NCBI GenBank assembly: GCA_019828565.1
Contig: JAHDYR010000038.1
Coordinates: 1,310,265 to 1,374,264 of the forward strand
Direction: 5' to 3'
DNA from: Carpediemonas membranifera BICM
Taxonomy: Eukaryota > Protista > Fornicata
Length of the DNA stretch: 64,000 bases
The position numbers and the translations under genes are program-made. The notes beneath the pieces were generated by a model. The model was not told the DNA's origin, did not search any database, and saw nothing but the letters and a program-made list of their open reading frames with translations. Of this stretch, positions 21,424 through 33,500 are shown piece after piece; within the stretch, counting starts at the first letter, position 1; each line of letters starts with the position of its first letter.

Positions 21424-22935
21424 TTAAATCTGATCAGCGGACTTCTTGGGCTCGAAGTTAGCCGTGATCTGGAGAACTGGGGGCGCATACGAGGTCGCGA
21501 CGTCCGAAAACTCCACGTTGTTGATCAGAGGTGTCGGGATGCCGAGAGTGCTGCCGTCGTACAACGCAGTCAGGTGGTTAGCCACACCCTTGCCGAGGAC
21601 CTTGAACATCGCGGTAATCGGCCCGGTAACGGCAAAGTCCCCGACATTGCTGGAGGCCACGGATAGAGTCTGGTTATACGACTCGAACTTGAAGAGGAAG
21701 AGGTCGGAGGCGGGACCAGTGGTCATGCTGGCACTATAGCCGGTGCCCCAGTTCAATGTGGCCAGCTCGCCCGAGATGGAGCCCTTGACAGTGACCGTGG
21801 TGTCGAACCCGACGTACAGGGCGGCGGGGAACACCTTGACGTACGGCTTGGCGTTGGCATTGATGTGGAGGGTGAGGTCCTGGCTAGGCAGGCCGCGGAC
21901 GCCGGGGATAGAGCTCTTCCAGCCGTCCGTGTTCATGAAACGGGCCATAGAGGGGGCTGCGGTGGCCTTGGTGGCGTCACCGGCGTAGTATCCGTGTCTG
22001 AAGCCAGTTCCGATCATCGAGTCGATCGCCTCCTCATGGATGAAGATCTGGAGGGCCTTGGAGTTGATGAGGTCGGGCAGGGCCTTGGACAGGCCGGGGA
22101 GGGTGGCGGACTGGTTCATATAGCGGGTCACTCCGGCAGTGGTGAAGGCAGCGAAGTTGTCGCCGTACTCGACTGAACCGACGAGGCGCTCATCCCAGGC
22201 GTCTCCGTTGGTGAACGCGTAGTAGGGAACCCACTTGGAGAGCTGCTCGTGCATGACCTGCTTCACAATCCTGGTACCCTGAATCGAACCCTGCTCTTCA
22301 AGCATGCGGATGACGGTGGACTTGAAGATAGCGACGAACATGTCAATGAGCCAGGAAGCACCACCGTGTAGGGAGACGTTCATATCCTTCACGGACATGA
22401 GGCAGCTGGTGACGGTTTCCGTGGGGATCAGCGTGACGGGGTCGGGGTGGATGTTCACGCGGACAGTGAGGGTGGCGCCCTTGAGGGAGCCAGAGCCAGT
22501 GCCGGCCTCGTGGACGTGAGGGAAAGAGACTTTGTCGCCGACGTAGTCGAACGTGGCGTCTGGGTTGAAATCGGACATGACGATAACGAGCTCTTTCGTC
22601 TTGGGATCAGTGGTAGCCTGAAGACCACCAAGAGTGTAGGAAGTGAGCTTCAGGTTGCTGATGGTGTAGGTAACGTTGCCAACGAGGGCAACCTGCTGCC
22701 AGCCGCTGATGGGGGGGAACTTCGACTGCGCCATGCCATCCAGAATTTGGTCTACGAAGGTGGAAGACCATTTGGTAAGACCTTCGGTGGTAATAGCGAC
22801 CTTATAGGGGCCGTTAGCGTTGTTCGTGAACTCATCAGCAGTAACAAAAGTCTGAGAAAGCAAGTTGGCGTGATTCATGGAATCAGCAACAGCTAGACAG
22901 ACAAAGAGCAAGAGGAGTGCGGTAAATGTTCGCAT
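21424..22935 (-). CDS. Secreted BPI/LBP/CETP-family lipid-binding protein
   Basis: Signal peptide, KVAITTEGL, SLHGGASWLIDMFV..FKSTV, LQIFIHE..IDSM; two-domain BPI layout. Confidence 0.75.
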   Translation of the reverse strand: MRTFTALLLLFVCLAVADSMNHANLLSQTFVTADEFTNNANGPYKVAITTEGLTKWSSTFVDQILDGMAQSKFPPISGWQQVALVGNVTYTISNLKLTSYTLGGLQATTDPKTKELVIVMSDFNPDATFDYVGDKVSFPHVHEAGTGSGSLKGATLTVRVNIHPDPVTLIPTETVTSCLMSVKDMNVSLHGGASWLIDMFVAIFKSTVIRMLEEQGSIQGTRIVKQVMHEQLSKWVPYYAFTNGDAWDERLVGSVEYGDNFAAFTTAGVTRYMNQSATLPGLSKALPDLINSKALQIFIHEEAIDSMIGTGFRHGYYAGDATKATAAPSMARFMNTDGWKSSIPGVRGLPSQDLTLHINANAKPYVKVFPAALYVGFDTTVTVKGSISGELATLNWGTGYSASMTTGPASDLFLFKFESYNQTLSVASSNVGDFAVTGPITAMFKVLGKGVANHLTALYDGSTLGIPTPLINNVEFSDVATSYAPPVLQITANFEPKKSADQI

Positions 22936-23531
22936 CGGTGTCAAAGAGTCTCGTCTTCTTTGAACTTTGGATCGCTAAGCAAAATTGAGATGATCCCCAT
23001 ATATATCTACAAGATTAGCACACTAACATGGGCCCTGGGTCGAAACAATCTTGATTGAACGGGGTACTGATACAGCTCGACCCTAACTCCCTTTTGTATC
23101 TTTGTCTTGAAATTGAATTTGATTGACTCAAGCGAATGCGGCTCTATATGGGCGTGCGACGGCTGTGCTTGTACAATGAACGTGTTTACGGTCGATGAGA
23201 TCCCAGAAGATGTTGGTCATTGCGCGTTGGACACCCATGGCCGACACCGAGTGGCCCCCGACTTCCATGGTGATATCTTCCTCCGGATCGCCCAAAGCAA
23301 TGACCGAACGAGCACGCGGTTTACCCTGTGGGTACGGCACTCGCGGTTGGTGTGGCCGCGGCCATGCAGTCGGCAAGGCGCGTCCGGGTCGTCGTTGCTG
23401 CGGCCGGCCGGCTTCGCGGCCGGGAATTTTGAGGGATGCTGCTAGCTGATGAACCCTGAAAAGAAATGATCGATGCAGGTAGCTCAATAGGCTCCGATGC
23501 CCTTCAAAATATTCACGGTGAAGGCTTAGGC

Positions 23532-23989
23532 ATGAGAAAGTGTTTCCGCCGTGCGACTTTTGCCAATCACTGTCTGCGCCTGAAGCACTTCGCCCGGGCT
23601 GGACGTCAACTCCTGGATGATCTCGGCGGGCGCCCCCGGAGCCCATTCACCTCGAAGTCGCGTATGGGGCTGCACTGTTCGGTTCCGCCGGCACTCCCTC
23701 CTGTACACCGTACCGCCACTTTGCTCGAGCACTTCCTGGCATCATGCTCCGGCACAACGTCGTCGTGAGTGCGCACATGGTTTCGGAATTCCGCACTTCC
23801 ATCGTGTGCCCATACTGCAAAGCACACTTCAGACGTGTGGTGCACACACACCGCACCATGCTCTGCCAGAATCCCGCGTGCGAGGGAGCTCCATGGCACG
23901 TTGAACGGCTTCGTCGGCATCCCGAGCAGAGAGACATACTTCTCAATCTCTCTCACCGAGATAAGAGCGCCAGCGAGAACATCCTTTAG
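23532..23989 (+). pseudogene. Fanzor/TnpB (IS200/IS605-derived RuvC nuclease) C-terminal fragment, frameshifted
   Basis: FRRATFANHCLRLKHFARAGRQLL, -1 shift at a C5 run (~23633-23637), then LEVAYGAALFGS...TPYRHFARAL...VSEFRTSIVCPYC...CQNPAC...HRDKSASENIL (RuvC-II E, Zn ribbon, RuvC-III D). RuvC-I and N-terminus absent. Confidence 0.75.
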
Positions 23990-24317
23990 TGCACCTTCGA
24001 TGCAACTTCAGATCAGATAGAGCAATCTCCTTTCCACTACGACTTCCAGAGAGGTGCTTCCTCGCTATCATTAACTTGCTAAGTTGAGCAAGCACGCGCT
24101 GCAGCGGCACGTGTTATGCTGCGCACGATTGATAGAGTATGATGAATCACACTGCGATCCTGATGCTGCTCGCATCACTGTGTGTTTTTGACTCAAGTAT
24201 TCTTGTCGATTTATACATGTACATAAAGTGTTACGTAACCGGTCCCACCGGTCCAACACTGTCAGCGGCCCGACCGGGTTTAGAGCCCAGTATTCTTATC
24301 CTGCGCAGCCCACAACA

Positions 24318-26409
24318 ATGCTGCAGTCAGATTGTGCGAGTAATTTTGCGTCCTACGTGGACAAAACGGTGCTTATCAAGTGTTCTGGTGACCGAGAGAG
24401 TTTGTTCAGTCTTTATTTCTCACCTAGTTTCAGGCGTTGTGAAGTCATTCGATGATTTGTCCAATGTCATCCTCCAGGACGCCGATGAGCTCTCCTTTTC
24501 ATGGAAAACTGAAGAGGAGGTGGCCAGTTTCCTTAAATCGGCCGTAGAGCAGCTCGACACGAACATGAAGAAGATGTCCGCGCTTAACATTAATCCTGTA
24601 CCCAAGGACCTCGACGATTTCCTCCGTGTCTCAGTGGAAGAGGCCAATAGGGACATGGCGACGCTTCAGGACAACGTCATGGCTGGTATCGGCCCCGCAG
24701 TCCGCCTCCAGGAACGTTTCCAGTCACTCGAACGGACGATGAACCGTGCTGAGGCCGTCCTGCCCCTCCTTGACGCTCTGATTATCCTTTCCGACACGGG
24801 ACGGATCGCCGTCGCCGAGGAGATCACAGAGGCGAATCTGGGTCATATCGTGGAGATTATCGCCACCACATACGACGCGAACGAGCGCCTGGGCGATATT
24901 GATCATCCTGACGTCAGCGCCGAGGCCTGGACCACCGTCTCTGCCCGAAGAGACAATGTCCGCGCGCACATCATCGGAGCACTTGAAAAACGGCTGGAAC
25001 TCAAACCCACCGACCTTAGCGTGCCCGTGCAGACTCTCATTCGTCACCTGACGAGCCTCCACTTCGAGGAAGACGCGGTAAGGGTCGCTCGCCAAGTGAT
25101 TGCGGCGAGACTGTCAATTGATGTCGACAAAACCGCGGGGCGTGAGAAGCTTATCGAGCAGCTCGGCGGTTTCCTCAAGAACGCCGTGAACATGTACAGG
25201 GTGACCCTCGGACCTCTGGCCAAGGTCCTTGGCGCAGAAGCGTCTACTCGTGTCGTCGAATCAATTGATGACATTGTAATCGGCATTGTGATCGAGGTGA
25301 ACGACTCCATCTTCCCCAAAGCCCCCTCTGTCACGATCCGTGGGGCAGGGCCTGAGGACTTGAAACGGGCCGACCTTGAGCAGACTATTGCTCGGGCATT
25401 CGTCAACGACGTGACCGCATTCCTCGAGGCTAGGGGCAAAGTTGTGGGCAAGAGCGCTTATCCCATCGTTGACAGACTCAGGCGACTCGCCATGACCGTC
25501 GGCACTAGCTGTGTTGTCCGTGAGAGCTCACTACTCTCACAGCGGGCCGACTACCTCCTTAGGGAAGTCGGGTCGACTGTGACTCGGGGTGTTTTCGACT
25601 TGACTTCAGACCTGGTCTACTTCTCCCAGGTGGGGGTCAGTAGAGCGAGAGTGTTGTGCTGTGGAAACCTAGCGCTAGTCAAACCGGTAGTTGACGTCGT
25701 CTCGGATCGAATGGCTTCATGTATGACTCACCTGGCGACTCCGAAAGAAAATGAACCGATCAAACACCACCGGTCAGTTTATGTCAACAGTCTGGCCCTG
25801 GCCGTGGCAGGCATGGAGGAGCTGCAGGACGAAGTGACTCGGCTCGAGAGCCAGTCGAGTTCATTTGAAGCAATTGTCGACCCGCTGAAGGCAATTGTCC
25901 AAGATTTGCGGTCGAAACTACACGCTGAGTTAGATTCGCTTGGAAACAAATACATTAGCAGTCGAATCGTACCGATTGTCGAGACTCTGGCCAGCCAGTG
26001 TGTCGAAGATCGCTCTGACGCCGCCAACAACGTCACCGGGAAGGTCGAAGCGGCCTTTGCTGACCTAAACCCCGGCGCCCACGGTATTCTCAAAGAGCCA
26101 GTCTTTGTCATGCTTCTGAGCCGTGCGATCAGCCCTGAGCAGGCCGGTCAGAGCCTTGTCTCCGTCATCCGGGACATCGTCTTCCCTCCCCGCCGAGACG
26201 TGCGGTACAGTCGCATGGGTGCCCTGCGACTACTGAGTGGTGTACAGTCGATCACTGCGCAGTGGACCACGTTGGCTAAGAAGACGTGTGTCACTGAGTT
26301 CAGTGATTTGATCAACGACTTGTTTGTCCTCACCGTCGACTCGGACAGCCAGTCCACCGCGGTTCCCCTGGCACGGGCTAGGATGATTAGGAGCAAGTAC
26401 AGGGTATGA
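24318..26409 (+). CDS. COG4-like (CATCHR tethering complex) protein (exons 24318-24399, 24434-26409)
   Basis: N-terminal coiled coil and C-terminal RYSRMGALRL...EFSDLINDLFVL resembling COG4; 34-nt intron GTTTGT...TTCAG restores an in-frame ATG. Confidence 0.5.
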
Positions 26410-26781
26410 GGGTAGTTTAGGGGGTTTATCGGTAAATTTGGACTGCGAGCGAGTCTCATCCCTCTCGTGGAATGACTGGGTCAAGTTCTACAGGAGCTGT
26501 GTCTCAGTCACCTTTGGATGAAAGCCAGTGTTGATACGAGATGAGATGTTTGAAAGGCCTGGATTGATTCGATAAGATCAGTAAGATTGATTTGGCCCTC
26601 GTTGAAGTGAATTGGATGGCGTTTTAGCGTTGACCACCAGATAATCAAGAAAACGAGTCAAGAAATATGGGCAATGTAGACAGTCTCGCGGTCAGCTGCA
26701 CTTACAGGGTCGACTATACGCTAAATATCTTGCTAAATAGAAATGATTCGCTCAAAAATTCGGAACACACAAAAACGCACG

Positions 26782-27448
26782 ATGAGCTACAATCCTCGCA
26801 TTAAGATCGGAAACTGGGTATGTATCGGCGTCATGCAGTTCCATTGGTCTTATATAGGTTGAAGAAAGCTTCAACGATGACTACAAGCTTCTCGCCGCGA
26901 AGATGCTTGCAAACCACGACGACCAGTACGTGTCCAGCTATGCCTCAAGCTATACGAAGCCCGCAGTCATCTCTACGCCACAGATGCACCCTGAGAAGAA
27001 CAACGCCGGATCCGCCCCTTCATATCTTCTCCAAGGCCATGGTGCCAGCCCGCAAGCCATGCAGGCGCAACACCGGTCGATGACCACAAACGACGAGGCA
27101 TTCGGCCGTAGAGAGCCACGCATGTCCAGACGCCAGAAGCACGCGCCCGAGCCTCACTTTATGACCGTCACACAGCGGGATTTCGGGGTCGCCCCACCCG
27201 CCTCAAAGGACGCCCGTCCCCAGTCATCGCCTGTCCAGGAGCTCGTGAAGACCCGCAAAGAGGCCGAGCTGTTCTACCGCCGTGGGGTTGAGTCATCGGA
27301 GATCTTCGGTCTGCCCAAGTACGAGGCCCGCAAGCCGACCCACGAAACACTCAAGACGATCGGGTCTGAGGCCCAGAGGATGGGGTTGAGGACGGGTCAT
27401 GTCGCTCAAGTGAGGACGCCGTTTGTCAGGCCCGGGGAGAAGCTGTGA
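26782..27448 (+). CDS. Ciliary microtubule-inner-protein-like (CFAP107/CFAP68-type GNWxEE motif) (exons 26782-26817, 26858-27448)
   Basis: MSYNPRIKIGNW|VEE across a 40-nt intron GTATGT...TATAG; FMTVTQRDF and YVSSYASSY-type motifs. Confidence 0.6.
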
Positions 27449-27561
27449 AGGACTCGTCAAGTGTCGATAAATTCCCTATTACCCACGGATAATACGTGCG
27501 GGGCTGGGGGGAAATAGGTCTCGGGGCGCTATCTTCCGTGATAACTTTTCGCACTTTAACT

Positions 27562-30500
27562 ATGACGCAATTTGCAAAGGGCGCAAGGAGCACGATGGAC
27601 GTTTTCAAGGCCCTCAAGGAGTACAAATCCTTGAGCGACCTCAAGACAGCTCTACGCGAGCTCTGTAATATGTTCAGCGAGGACACTGATCTCGCTTGCC
27701 CGTGCATTGAGGACGTTCTCGTCCACCTTGGATCAGAGGATGATGAAGTCGTCTGTTACGCACTAGCGGCCATCATTAACATCACCACTAACTTGGAGAA
27801 CCATGCAGCATTCCGCGCAGCCAACGGCATTGCGCGCGTCATCGATTGCCTCGCGCTCGATCGCGCCGAGGAATCAGCATCCGACATTCAACGCTTCAGC
27901 CTCCGCTGCATCTGCAACCTCGCCTCTGCACCACCCAACATGATACCCCTCGTCGAGGCCGGCGTTCTCACGCATCTCCAGCGCACTCTGGCAACAGTCA
28001 CCGACACTGACATCCTACTGTTCGCCCTAGGCTGCCTGCTCCACCTCTTCACCGTCCCGGTGATCATCCAGAAGTCCTACGAGCACCCCAAGCTCTATAT
28101 CGACCTAGTAGGTCTCCTAGAGTGCGACAACTCCCGTCTGCAGCGATACGCGGTCGGTGTGCTCAACAACCTCATGGCAGACGACGGGGCACTCTTCAAG
28201 ATCCTCGGGCTGGACGTGCTTGTGCAGTATCGCGCCCTGGCCGACTCAAAGGACGACAAGCTCCGGGCACACGTATGGAAGGGGATACAGTCGATCGCTG
28301 ACGCGGCATCGATCCTCTTAGAACAGCCTGCGTCACAGGAGGAGACTGATGAATCAGTTTTCCGTATCCAGATCGCGGCCCTCACAAAGCAGAACGCGGG
28401 GCTCCGAGCTCAGCACAGGGAGCTCGTCGAGGCGAAGGACAAGGCCGAGGACGAAGCATTGAACCTCAGACACGAGCTCAAGGATGCCCAGGCTGACATC
28501 AAAGCGCTCTCATCCTCTGCTGGCTCGTCGAACGAGAAGTTTACCGTGCTGAGGAACGAGATCTCAGCACTGAAGAAAGAACTCGCCGAGTCAAGGCACA
28601 CTGAGGCCGAGGGTGCCCGTATGGTCGAGCAATATCGCGAAGAGCTCGCTCGTGCGACCCAGCAGGCTGAGACGATCGAGCAGGTCGGACCGGAGACGGA
28701 GGCGAAGGTCAACGGCCTCACTGCAGAGGTAGCTCGTCTGGACGGACTCGTACGCCAACTCGAGGATGACCTAGCCGCCCGCAGCAAGGAGCTTGACCGC
28801 GCCGTCGTCGCCAAGGGCCAAGTGGAGTCGAGGGTCAGTCAGCTCAGCAAGCAGCTCACTGCAGAGCGGAAGAAGGGCGAAAGTCTGGCTCAGACGGACA
28901 ACGACGCCGCAGCACGGATCAAACAGCTCACCGCCGAGCTGAATATCCGGGACGAGGACGACGAGCGCCGCGTAGAGGCCCACAACGCGGAGGTAGAGTC
29001 GCTGCACGCCAGGATACTGGCCATGGACGAGCAGCTCGCCTCTCTCACCAAGGGCCTGGCCGATGCTGAAGAAAGGGCGAGGCAGGAGGCCACGAGGGCA
29101 CGGCGGGCTGGGGTGCTGGCATCTGACACAAAGCTGCTCGAAACGAAGCTGGAGGAGGCCAAGCAGCGTGCACTCAAGGCTCTACAGGGCGAGAAGGACG
29201 CGTGTGGTGCTGCTGAACGCTACCGCCTTGAGGTAGAGGCGCTCGGAGCCGCCCAGGACCGCGTGTCGACAGACAGCGCATCTGCAAGAAAGGCGTACGA
29301 AGCCAGGCTCGACGCGCTCACAGGTCAGAACCAGCGGTACGCGGAGAGCATCGAGGGGCTGCAGAACGACCTGCACGAGCAGGTACACAGGGCAGAAGCA
29401 GCCGAGGCCGCCCTCAAGACCGCCCGGGAGAAGGCTGGGCAGGCAGAAGCGGAGGCAAGGCGTATCAAGGCATCTATCAAGGCATCCGCGGGCCAGGATG
29501 AAGAGGCTTCCCTCCGCATCGCCGCCCTGACCAAGGAGCTCGACATCCGCGAGTCGGCCGACGCCGGGCGGACTAGAGACCATGAAAGGGAAGTAGAGGC
29601 GCTGCACATGACCATAGCTACGCTCGAGGCGGCTCAGGTTCAGCTCGAGAGACAGGTGAGAGACCAGCAGACCCGGCTCGACTCGGCCCCGCCGTTCGCC
29701 GCGAGTGACATCAAGGAGGCCAAACGCAGGGCGTCTGAGATGGAAGCCAAGGCCGCTGAGGCAGCAGCAGACCTTGAGCTGGCCCTTGCTGCCGAGAAGG
29801 AGGCGACAGCCAAGGTCTTGCAGTACCAGGCCGAGGTCGCTGAACTCAGCGCCACCGCGGAAAAGCGTGAGGCCGCGCTCACTGGAAACCTATCGCACGT
29901 CCAGCTCGAGCTAGGAGAGACGGCAGATGCGAACGAGGTTCTCCGCAACGAACTCAGAGAGCACCGCGACCGGATACAGAACCTCGTAGAGTCGGCCAAG
30001 GAGCTCGAGGCAGCCAGAGATAGTGCTGTGGCAGAGAAAGATCGCCTAGAGGCCAAGGTATCCTCCCTAATCGACCAGAGCGGGTCAGAACAGTGGGCCC
30101 ATGACAGGATCGCCGCCCTCGAGCACGAGATGGAGGTCAGAGACCAGCAGGAGACAGCAAGAGTCCGTGAGGAATCGACAGAGACTGCTAAGCTCAGTGC
30201 CAAGCTGGTGGAGCTCCAACGAGAGCATGACGAGGCCGTCGAGAGGCTTGCTGTGGTGCAACTTGAGGCGGGTACGGTCAAGGGCGAGCTCAAGGAGGCT
30301 GTAGTCGAGAGGGACTGTCTTTCCACGGAACTGGGCGATCTCCAGGCCCGGTATGACGCCCTAATCGCCCAGACGAACTCGTCAGACAGCCTCGCGACCG
30401 CAGCGACGACCCGGATCACCGAGCTTGAGCACGAGATCGCTGTGAGAGATGCGGATGACAAGAAGCTGGCGGCTGAGCACGAGAAGAGCATCTCCAAGCT

Positions 30501-33500
30501 CGAGGGCGCCCTGGCAACGGTCGAATCCGAGCGCGACGAGCTCGCAGAGAAGGTTGAGTCACTCAACGCAGATCTACGTGACCGCCAGGCCGCAATAGAG
30601 TCGGTTGCTGAGGAAGACGCGCCTGCCCGAGTTGTTGCACTCGAAGCTGAGGTTGAGAGGCTCAATGCCGAGCTCGAGAAGACGAAGGCTGCCGAGACCG
30701 CGGCGACTGAACAGAGCATGGCCCTATCCGACGAGATCCGGATCCGTGAGGCCGCAGAGGTTCAGCGCGAGGCATCACACTCGATGGAACTCGCAGGACT
30801 CGAGGCCAAGGTCCTAGAGCAGAACGCCAAGGTCGAGGAGCTCGAGGAGACGGCGAGCAACCTCGTCAGTGACAACGAGAACCTACGGGAAATGGCCGAG
30901 ACCGCCCTGGCGGACAAGGAGACGCTCAAGGCGACCCTGGACGCAACTACCGCGGAGCTCGAGGCCGCTCAGGCGAACCAAGAGTCTATCGCCGGTGCCG
31001 ACGACGACGCGATGCAGCGGATAATGGCGCTCGAGACGGAGCTCGCGCTGAGGGACAAGGAGCAGGAGGCCAAGGCCATCGACTCCCTATCACTCCAAGA
31101 AAAGCTCACGGCCGAACTAGACCAGGCAACTAGGGCACTGGAGCAGGTCACAGCTGAAGCTGAGGCGTACAAGACCGACTTGGCGGAAGCGGCTGACCAT
31201 ATGGAGCAGATGGAGGGCTTCTACAAGGCCCAGATCGAGCAGCTTGAGTCGAGTGATGACGGTTCAGCCGAGAAGATCGCTGAACTCAAGAACGAGCTCG
31301 AGAACCAGGTGAAATACGCCCGAGAGGAGCTTAGTGGCCGTGATTCCCGGATAGCGGAGCTCATGGCTTCCATAGAGGCCCTCAACGACGACCTCGAGGA
31401 GAAACAGAGGGATGTGAACTACTTTAGGACACTATACGACACTGTCTCTGGCAATCTGACCCAGCTCAAGCAGGAGGTCGCGGCTACAGCCGAGGTTGAG
31501 CCTGACGACGATGGGTCGGCCGAGAAGATCGCGGAGCTGAAGGCTGAGCTCGAAAGGCAGGTCTCACACGCGCACAGCGAGGTCGAGGCCCGCGAGCGTC
31601 GCATTGCCGATCTAGAGAAGGCCGTTGAGGAGCTCAAGGAGGCCGCCGAGGAGAAGCAGCGGGACGTCAACTACTACCGCACGCTGCACAACGAGGTCGC
31701 CGAGAACCTCGCGCAGGCCACTGCCACAGCCGGGGCCGCGGACGACGGCTCTGCTGCCAAGATTGCCGAGCTTCAGGCCGAGCTCGAGCGGATTACGGAG
31801 TACTACCACGAGCTTCTGGCAGAGAAGGACCGCGCCGTGCAGGAGCAGCAGGTCGTTGACGACAGCGAGGAGGTCACTGCCACGCTCAGACGAGAGGTGG
31901 CTAGACTGACAGCCGAGCTCGAGGCCGTTGAGGAGATAAGCGGGGCACGGGCCACAGCGGCAGGTGACAGCGCCGCCGCAGCCCTCGACCGGGTCCGCGA
32001 GCTTACCCGCGAGCTCGAGAGCCAGGCAACCTACTACCAGGAGCTCGTCCAAGAGAAGGTCGAGCGGATCGAGGAGCTCGAGGCCACGACCACCGCCGAG
32101 CGTGACGGGATGAGCGACGCCGTCATCGCGGTCCAGCAGGAGAGAGACGGCCTTCGTGACTCGGCCCGGCAGCTCCAGGCCGAGGTGGACAGCCTAGAGA
32201 GACAGGTAGCCGACGCAGGTGACACCATCGCGATACTCAAGAAGGAGCTCGACACGCAGACTCGGACGGCCACGGAGGAGGTCAAGGAGCTCGAGAGCAC
32301 CATCGAAGAACTCCGACAACAGCTCGCAGACGGCGCGGTGCAGGCACAGCAGGCGAAGGCCGCCGCAGATGAGGAGAAGGAGGCGCTCATGCTCAGCATC
32401 AAGCGCTCTGAGATCGAGGTCGAGAGATACAAGGACCTTGCAACCATGGACGGACTCCAAGAGGCGGTTACCGTCAATTTACGTGAAGCGGACGATTTAC
32501 TTGAGGAGACCATAAAGGCCACTGCGCCTAGGTCGACTCCTGCCGTCCCAGACTCCGTCTTGGAGACACTCCGGCGTCGCGAGGCTCTGGACAAGGGTGT
32601 GGAGCCGCCAAGTGCCCGGAAGCCGCCGATTGGCCGCCCAGCCAGGCGTTCATTCACCCAGATCGCCAGCAGACACGCCCAGCGCATGGACGAGCTCGAG
32701 GCTGAGACTGCGCGGCTCCAGACAGCGAAGCAGCAGGCCGCAGAAGCAGACAGGACGCGGCTGCTCAGCTCTCGAGCAGTGTCCGAGCACCCCGCGGTCA
32801 GCACCATCGTCTCGAACAACGTGCGGCTCGCACATTCTCTCCAGTCGGGCGAGACGACCGTGGACGTCCCCCAGCTCGTCCGAGACATCAAGGAGGTCGC
32901 CCCAGCCTTCCCCAGGGCTTTCGTGGTCCGTCGAGTGCCCACAGACGACGGGGTGCAGCTCGCTAGCAATGTCGCCAAGCTCGCTGTGTGCGTCGCGCTG
33001 AGCCCCGACCTGGCTTGCGAGGCGTACTCCGAGGAGATCATCGCCACGCTTGGTGACATGGTCTCCCGCTTCCACGACGATGTCACGAGCTATGCTGGCA
33101 TGATGGAGAAACCTCTGGCTGCTGCCATCGCTTGCTACGCCCTCCACTGTCTGTCATCTCTCACTCTCCAGGACGGTGCCGAGTTCGACCTCATCGACTC
33201 GAACGCCCTCCCCGCGCTCGTTTCTTACATCCCCGACAGCGACGCCCTCGCTGTCATCGCAGATCCACTTATCCTGTCAACATTCACCACATCGCTGCAA
33301 GTAGCGGCTGCCGTTGCGACATGCGAGAGGGGTAGGTCCGCACTGATGGCGCTAGACTTCCTCGAGGCCCTGGATAGACTGCTGGAAGTCACCCCGGTGG
33401 GGTCCGATTCAACCGCGATGACGGTGCGGCGATACGCAGTCAAATGCTTGAGGAACATGGCACTGGGGAACAGCGTGAGGCCGCAGGTGAACAACAGCAT

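Noticed and set aside
23128-23530. ORFs upstream of the Fanzor fragment as its RuvC-I/N-terminus
   Set aside because: No D-P-G-type RuvC-I motif in any + frame, and the frame leading into the fragment has multiple stops
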